A model generated the notes under the pieces. The model was not told the origin of the DNA, ran no database searches, and saw only the letters and a list, made by a program, of their open reading frames with translations. This document shows, in pieces, positions 31,347 to 35,757 of a stretch of 35,757 nt of DNA; positions within the stretch are counted from its first letter, which is position 1; every line of letters begins with the position of its first letter. Source of the DNA: Candidatus Rokuibacteriota bacterium (GTDB lineage: Bacteria > Methylomirabilota > Methylomirabilia > Rokubacteriales > DASRDR01). The position numbers were made by a program, and so were the translations under genes. The DNA lies in assembly GCA_044866005.1 (NCBI GenBank), contig JBIOTN010000064.1, forward strand, positions 1-35,757, written 5' to 3'.

Positions 31347-32486
31347 TTACGTGATCGCCAGCGGAGTCCCGGCCGACCCCGTCGCGCCCCGGACCGGCAT
31401 CGGGGCGAACACGTAGACGAACTCGTAGGCCCGGTCCCGGATCAGCTCCGTGAAATCCAGGTTCTCGTGGTTGAAGATCCCGTTCTTCGTGATCAGCTCG
31501 TTGTGGACGACGAAGGCGAGGTCCGGGTTCGGGTTCGGGACGACCTCGGTGGCCCACGTGTCCGAGCCGACGAGCGCCGCCTGCTTGGCCACGACCCACC
31601 GGGCCACCTCGAGCCCGATGCCGGGCTGGCCTTCGTTGAACTTGGCGTTGTCCTTCATCCAGAGGCTGCCCCACCCGGAATTGAAGAAGATCCCGTCGCC
31701 CGGCCGGATGCTGCCCTCGGCGATGCCCTGCCGCTGGAGCGCCCCGAGGACGTCGGCGAGCTTCACCTCCTCGCCGAGGTTGAGCATGCGCCCCTTGACG
31801 CCGGCGACGTCCACGAGGATGCCGCGCGTGAAGAAGGGCTTGACCTTTTCGATCCCCAGCTTGGCGAGCCCGTAGGCCTCCCCGATCTCCGCCTCGGTGA
31901 AGCCGTTGTAGTAGCGCATCTCGGCCTTGTCCCCGGGCTTGCCGCACTGGCAGCCGATGTGGCCGAGCCCGTCGAACTGGGTGCCGACCTGCCCGATCTC
32001 CGTGCTCAGGTACTCGTCGTGGTAGACGAGCTGGTTCTTCCCGAACGGGCCGCCGGTCGGCGAGCCAGGGATGCGGAGGGCGAAGACCCGATTGCCGAAG
32101 AGCGGCATCTTGCTCTCGTAGACCCGGCCGAGCGAATAGATCTTGCCCGTCTTGATGAGCTTCGCGGTCTCCAGCACCTTCGCCGGCGTGATCCAGTTGG
32201 AGGCGCCGGCTTCGTCCTGGGGGCCCCAGCGGGAGGGCCACCACGGGGGGCCGATCGGCGTGTCCCCGCCGCCGGCGGGCGGCTGCTGCGCCTGCGCCAC
32301 CTGCGGCGAGGCCAGCGCGCTGCCGGCCGCGAGGCCGGCGGCCATGCCGGCGACGACCCCGCCCTGGAGGAAGTCGCGGCGCGAGACGGCCGGGGTGTCG
32401 GGGATGTCCGGGGGCGCCGCGGGCTCGGCCTCACCCGGCGCGTCCGATGGTCGGCGCACGAACTCTCGGAGCCAGCCTGACTGCAT
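31347..32486 (-). CDS. Tat-exported cyclase-family (kynurenine formamidase-like) metallohydrolase
   Basis: SRRDFL twin-arginine motif, WGP.DE.GA.N, GTQFDGLGH, D.WA.E, H..L....GI...EN, GATGS...PLA. Confidence 0.9.
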   Translation of the reverse strand: MQSGWLREFVRRPSDAPGEAEPAAPPDIPDTPAVSRRDFLQGGVVAGMAAGLAAGSALASPQVAQAQQPPAGGGDTPIGPPWWPSRWGPQDEAGASNWITPAKVLETAKLIKTGKIYSLGRVYESKMPLFGNRVFALRIPGSPTGGPFGKNQLVYHDEYLSTEIGQVGTQFDGLGHIGCQCGKPGDKAEMRYYNGFTEAEIGEAYGLAKLGIEKVKPFFTRGILVDVAGVKGRMLNLGEEVKLADVLGALQRQGIAEGSIRPGDGIFFNSGWGSLWMKDNAKFNEGQPGIGLEVARWVVAKQAALVGSDTWATEVVPNPNPDLAFVVHNELITKNGIFNHENLDFTELIRDRAYEFVYVFAPMPVRGATGSAGTPLAIT

Positions 32487-32536
32487 CGCTCTAACCCTCC
32501 TCTGGGCTCTGGGGCCGCGCGGCCGGCGGGTCGGGC

Positions 32537-32908
32537 TTATCCCTGCCGCATGTAGGCCGGCGCCCCGCCTGCCAGGAAGTCCTCGCGGGGAGGCGCGAAG
32601 AGGTCGACGACCTCGGTGTCCTCCGGGAACCAGGCCTCGTGCTCGACGCCGCCCGGGATCACTCCGACGTCGCCCGGCCCGCACGTGCGCTTCTCCGTGC
32701 CGAGCCGGAACTCCATCTTCCCGGAGAGCACCCAGAAGATCTGCTCGTTCGGATGCCGGTGCGCCGCAGCGTGGGCGCCCGCCTTCATCTTCCAGAAGAC
32801 GATCATCTCCTTGTCGCCGGTCACGATCTTGCGCGTGATGAGCGGCGTGACCTTCTCCTCGGGCACGCCGCCGAGGGTGAGGAATCCTTTCATCGCGGCG
32901 AGGGGCAT
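32537..32908 (-). CDS. Cupin domain protein
   Basis: HRHPNEQ and IPGGVEHEA metal motifs, D.F.PPREDF. Confidence 0.92.
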   Translation of the reverse strand: MPLAAMKGFLTLGGVPEEKVTPLITRKIVTGDKEMIVFWKMKAGAHAAAHRHPNEQIFWVLSGKMEFRLGTEKRTCGPGDVGVIPGGVEHEAWFPEDTEVVDLFAPPREDFLAGGAPAYMRQG

Positions 32909-32941
32909 GGTGGCCTCCTTGGGGCGAGAGTCCGTGGGTCC

Positions 32942-33014
32942 ACCCTAGTCAGGAGCTCCGGGCCTGTCAAGGCGGCGCTGCGCGTTGACAGCCTTCACCG
33001 CGCTCCGGTAGCAT
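32942..33014. promoter_or_regulatory. Back-to-back sigma70 promoters
   Basis: Minus: TTGACA(32970-32965)-17-TAGGGT; plus: TTGACA(32985-32990)-18-TAGCAT. Confidence 0.6.
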
Positions 33015-33049
33015 AGCGGCGTCGTCAGACCACGCCGGGAGGAACTGCT

Positions 33050-33382
33050 ATGCCGCGCTGCCGCCGCCTCGTGCTCGTCACCGTCCTCACGCTTGGCCTC
33101 GCCGCGTGCGCCTCGGTCCTGTCGGTCGGGCGCGAGTTTCCGTCCCCGCCGCGGGATGCGATCCGCGCGGGAACGACGACGAAGGCCGACCTCGTCAAGC
33201 TCTTCGGAGAACCGACGGAGGTGGGGATCGAGGACGGTGACCAGGCGTGGAGATGGATCTACTTCAAGAAGGGCAACCCGGATTTGAGCAAGAACCTCTC
33301 CGTTCGCTTCGCAGCGGACGGGACGGTCAAATCGTATTCGTTCAGCTCAAACTTCCCGGATGACATGAAGGCCCTTCGCTGA
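33050..33382 (+). CDS. SmpA/OmlA (BamE-like) lipoprotein
   Basis: Lipobox LAAC, I..G.TTK.D....FG.P, W.W.Y, L.V.F..DG.V. Confidence 0.8.
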   Translation: MPRCRRLVLVTVLTLGLAACASVLSVGREFPSPPRDAIRAGTTTKADLVKLFGEPTEVGIEDGDQAWRWIYFKKGNPDLSKNLSVRFAADGTVKSYSFSSNFPDDMKALR

Positions 33383-34284
33383 GCGCCGCGCCGCCCCGCG
33401 CGACGCGGACCCGGGCCGACGCGGGCGTCGCCCCGGCCCTGCTCCTCGTCGTCGTGATCTGGGGCGGCAGCTACGCCGGCGTGAAGACCGTCCAGGAGGC
33501 CGTGCCGCCGCTCGCCCTCGCGGCGTTCCGCTCCGCGGTCGCCGCCGCCGTGCTCCTGGGCGGGCTCGCCCTCCTCGACCGCCGCCTGCCGGCCCTCGGT
33601 CGTCGCGACTGGGCCAGCGTCGCCCTCCTCGGCCTCGTCGGCACAACCGCGTTCCAGCTCTGCATGGTCGGCGGCCTCCACTTCACGACGCCGGCCCACT
33701 CGGCGCTCATGATCACGCTGAACCCCGTCTTTGCCGCCTTCCTCGCGTGGGCGTGGCTCGGCGAGCGGCTTCAGCCCTGGCGCGTCCTGGGCATCCTGCT
33801 GTCGCTGGCGGGCGTCGGCCTCATCGTCACGCGCGGCGGCGCCGGGCTCGGTGGGGGCGCGCTCCTCGGCGACGGGCTGAGCCTCGGCGCCGGGCTGGCG
33901 TGGGCCGTGTACTCCGTGCTGGGGAAGCCCGTGCTCGCGGCGCGGCCGCCGCTCCAGGTGACGGCGCTCGCGATGGCCATCGGCGCGGTCCCGCTCCTGG
34001 CCCTGGGGCTTCCCGCGCTCGCCGCGGTGCCGTGGGCGGCGCTCCCCGCCGGCACGTGGGCGCTGCTCGGCTATCTCTCCGTCCTCGCGCTCGGGCTGGG
34101 CTACTTCCTCTGGTACTGGGCGCTGGCGCGCGCCGCCACCGCGCGGGTGGCCGTCTTCACCTATCTCACCCCGGTCGTCGCCGTGACGATCTCGATCGGG
34201 CTCGGGCTGGAGACGCTGAGCGGCACGCTCCTGGCCGGCGCCGTCGCGGTCATCGGCGGCGTCATGCTCGCCCAGGCGACCTGA
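33379..34284 (+). CDS. EamA/DMT family transporter (probable CTG start at 33379; first canonical start is GTG 33454)
   Basis: IWG.SY..VK, PP..LAAFR, LGERL, F.YLTPV; about 10 TM helices. Confidence 0.9.
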   Translation: MSAAPPRATRTRADAGVAPALLLVVVIWGGSYAGVKTVQEAVPPLALAAFRSAVAAAVLLGGLALLDRRLPALGRRDWASVALLGLVGTTAFQLCMVGGLHFTTPAHSALMITLNPVFAAFLAWAWLGERLQPWRVLGILLSLAGVGLIVTRGGAGLGGGALLGDGLSLGAGLAWAVYSVLGKPVLAARPPLQVTALAMAIGAVPLLALGLPALAAVPWAALPAGTWALLGYLSVLALGLGYFLWYWALARAATARVAVFTYLTPVVAVTISIGLGLETLSGTLLAGAVAVIGGVMLAQAT

Positions 34285-34303
34285 GGCCGCGAGGGACGCG
34301 ACG

Positions 34304-34332
34304 TTGACACCCGGCGGTCGCCCGCCTAATGT
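34304..34332 (+). promoter_or_regulatory. sigma70 promoter of threonine synthase
   Basis: TTGACA-17 nt-TAATGT, 9 nt before the ATG. Confidence 0.6.
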
Positions 34333-34341
34333 GGACGCAGG

Positions 34342-35583
34342 ATGAGCGTGCCCGTCACGTGCGCGGTCGGCCTCCGCTGCATCGACTGCGGGGCGGAGCA
34401 TCCCCTCGAGTATCGGCTGGCATGCGCGCGCTGCCGCGGGCTCCTGGAGCCCGCCTACGACCTCACGCCCCTGCGCCGCGCGGGGCCGGCCGGGGCGTTC
34501 ACCCGGCGCGGGCTGTGGCGCTACCACCCCGTGCTGCCGATCCGCGATCCCGCCCACTTCGTCACGCTCGGCGAGGGCGAGACGCCGCTCCTCGACGTGC
34601 CGGCGCTGGCGCGGCAGCTGAGCGTCCGCCGCCTCCTCTTGAAGTTCGAGGGCACCAATCCCAGCGGGACGATCAAGGACCGATCGTCCGCGACCGCCGT
34701 CGGCGCGGCCCTCGACTTCGGCTACCGGGCGATCTCGGTCGTGTCGACCGGCAACGCGGGGTCGTCGCTCGCGGCGTACGCCGCGCGGGCCGGGCTCCGC
34801 GCCTTGATCTTCTGTTACGAGCAGGCCTCCGCGCCGAAGCTCCACCACATGGCAGCCGTCGCCTCCGATCTCATCCTCTACCAGGGGTACTACGACGACC
34901 TGATCCGCCTCTGGGACCGCATGATCGACGGGCTCCCCGTCTTCGACGGCGGCGCCAGCCGGAACGCGTACAAGCAGGACGGCAAGAAGACGCTGGCCTA
35001 CGAGATCGCCGAGCAGTCCGGCTTCCGGGTGCCCGACGCCGTCGTCTACCCGGTGGCGGTCGGCGAGGCGTTCATCTCGGGCTGGCGAGGCTTCCGCGAG
35101 ATGCACGCCCTCGGTTGGATCGAGCGGCTGCCCCTCATGGTCGCGGCGCAGTCCGCCAAGGCGAACCCGATCGCGCGCGCCTTCCGGGACGGCGGGCCGC
35201 TCGTCCCGGTGAAGCTCGCCTACACGGTGGCCGAGGGGCTCTCCTGCGGGGACCCCGCCCAGAAGGGCGAGTGGGTGCTGCGGATCCTGCGCGAGGCCAA
35301 GGGGCTCGCGACGGACGTGGAGGACGAGCTGATCCTCGAGACGCAGCGGCTGCTCGCGCGGACGGAGGGCGTCTACGCGGGCCCCACGGGCGTGGGCACG
35401 CTCGCCGCGGTGCGCCGGCTGCTCGCCGAGGGCGCGCTCGACCCCGACCAGACGATCTGCTGCGTGATCAGCGAGACGGGGCTCAAGACGGAGGCGCCGG
35501 TCGCCTCGCGCCAGGGCGAGGCCTTCACCTACGAACGCCTCGTGGCGCTGGTCCGCGACCGCCTCGGTACGCCGAGCGCCTGA
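34342..35583 (+). CDS. thrC: Threonine synthase-like PLP enzyme with N-terminal Zn ribbon
   Basis: CIDC/CARC, TLGEGETPL, NPSGTIKDR, STGNAGSSLAAYAA, GKKTLAYEI, TGLK. Confidence 0.82.
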   Translation: MSVPVTCAVGLRCIDCGAEHPLEYRLACARCRGLLEPAYDLTPLRRAGPAGAFTRRGLWRYHPVLPIRDPAHFVTLGEGETPLLDVPALARQLSVRRLLLKFEGTNPSGTIKDRSSATAVGAALDFGYRAISVVSTGNAGSSLAAYAARAGLRALIFCYEQASAPKLHHMAAVASDLILYQGYYDDLIRLWDRMIDGLPVFDGGASRNAYKQDGKKTLAYEIAEQSGFRVPDAVVYPVAVGEAFISGWRGFREMHALGWIERLPLMVAAQSAKANPIARAFRDGGPLVPVKLAYTVAEGLSCGDPAQKGEWVLRILREAKGLATDVEDELILETQRLLARTEGVYAGPTGVGTLAAVRRLLAEGALDPDQTICCVISETGLKTEAPVASRQGEAFTYERLVALVRDRLGTPSA

Positions 35584-35594
35584 CACCTCGCCGC

Positions 35595-35750
35595 GGGCCC
35601 TGTCGCCGGCTCAAGGTAACGAGCCGGTAGCCTCCCGCCGCGGGTGGCGCCGGCGCGGCCCCGCCGCCGGCCGGGCGTAGTGGGACCCTTCGCGCTCCTC
35701 CTGCAGCTCGCCAGAGCGGCAGGAGGGCGCGAACGGGTGACGGAGCCCGG
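35595..35750. repeat. Structured intergenic repeat, copy B
   Basis: Homologous to 7569-7701, with compensatory stem changes. Confidence 0.8.
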
Positions 35751-35757
35751 CCGGACC

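Overview
Very GC-rich bacterial chromosomal DNA. The gene content and intergenic repeat style resemble Candidatus Rokubacteria/Methylomirabilota (inference, not verified). From left to right it holds: the 3' end of a tyrosine integrase abutting a tRNA(CAT); an ArnT/PMT-like glycosyltransferase; a general-stress cluster (BON, lmo0937-like, glycine-zipper, broken PRC-BON gene); a PuuD-N-like membrane protein; a PerR-rubrerythrin-Fe-S oxidoreductase-DUF3501-cytochrome c operon with a Fur/Per-type operator; uvrA; an SDR; a di-heme cytochrome c lipoprotein with a small CxxCxC protein; a UGSC-type selenoprotein that the ORF track splits at an in-frame TGA, plus its partner gene; a cysteine synthase; CoxD-CRP-CoxE; MFS; M48, PEP-mutase-family and M20 genes; a tandem-domain thyX with an apparent compositional break; a YqjD/E/K-like operon; a Tat-exported cyclase; cupin; BamE-like lipoprotein; EamA; and threonine synthase. 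The notable non-coding signals are five intergenic sigma54-type -24/-12 motifs (one orphan, pointing into a small hairpin), a structured covarying repeat present twice with possible terminal inverted repeats, a second repeat family flanking coxE in inverted orientation, and several apparently leaderless genes. All family calls come from motif recognition by eye; no database search was run.
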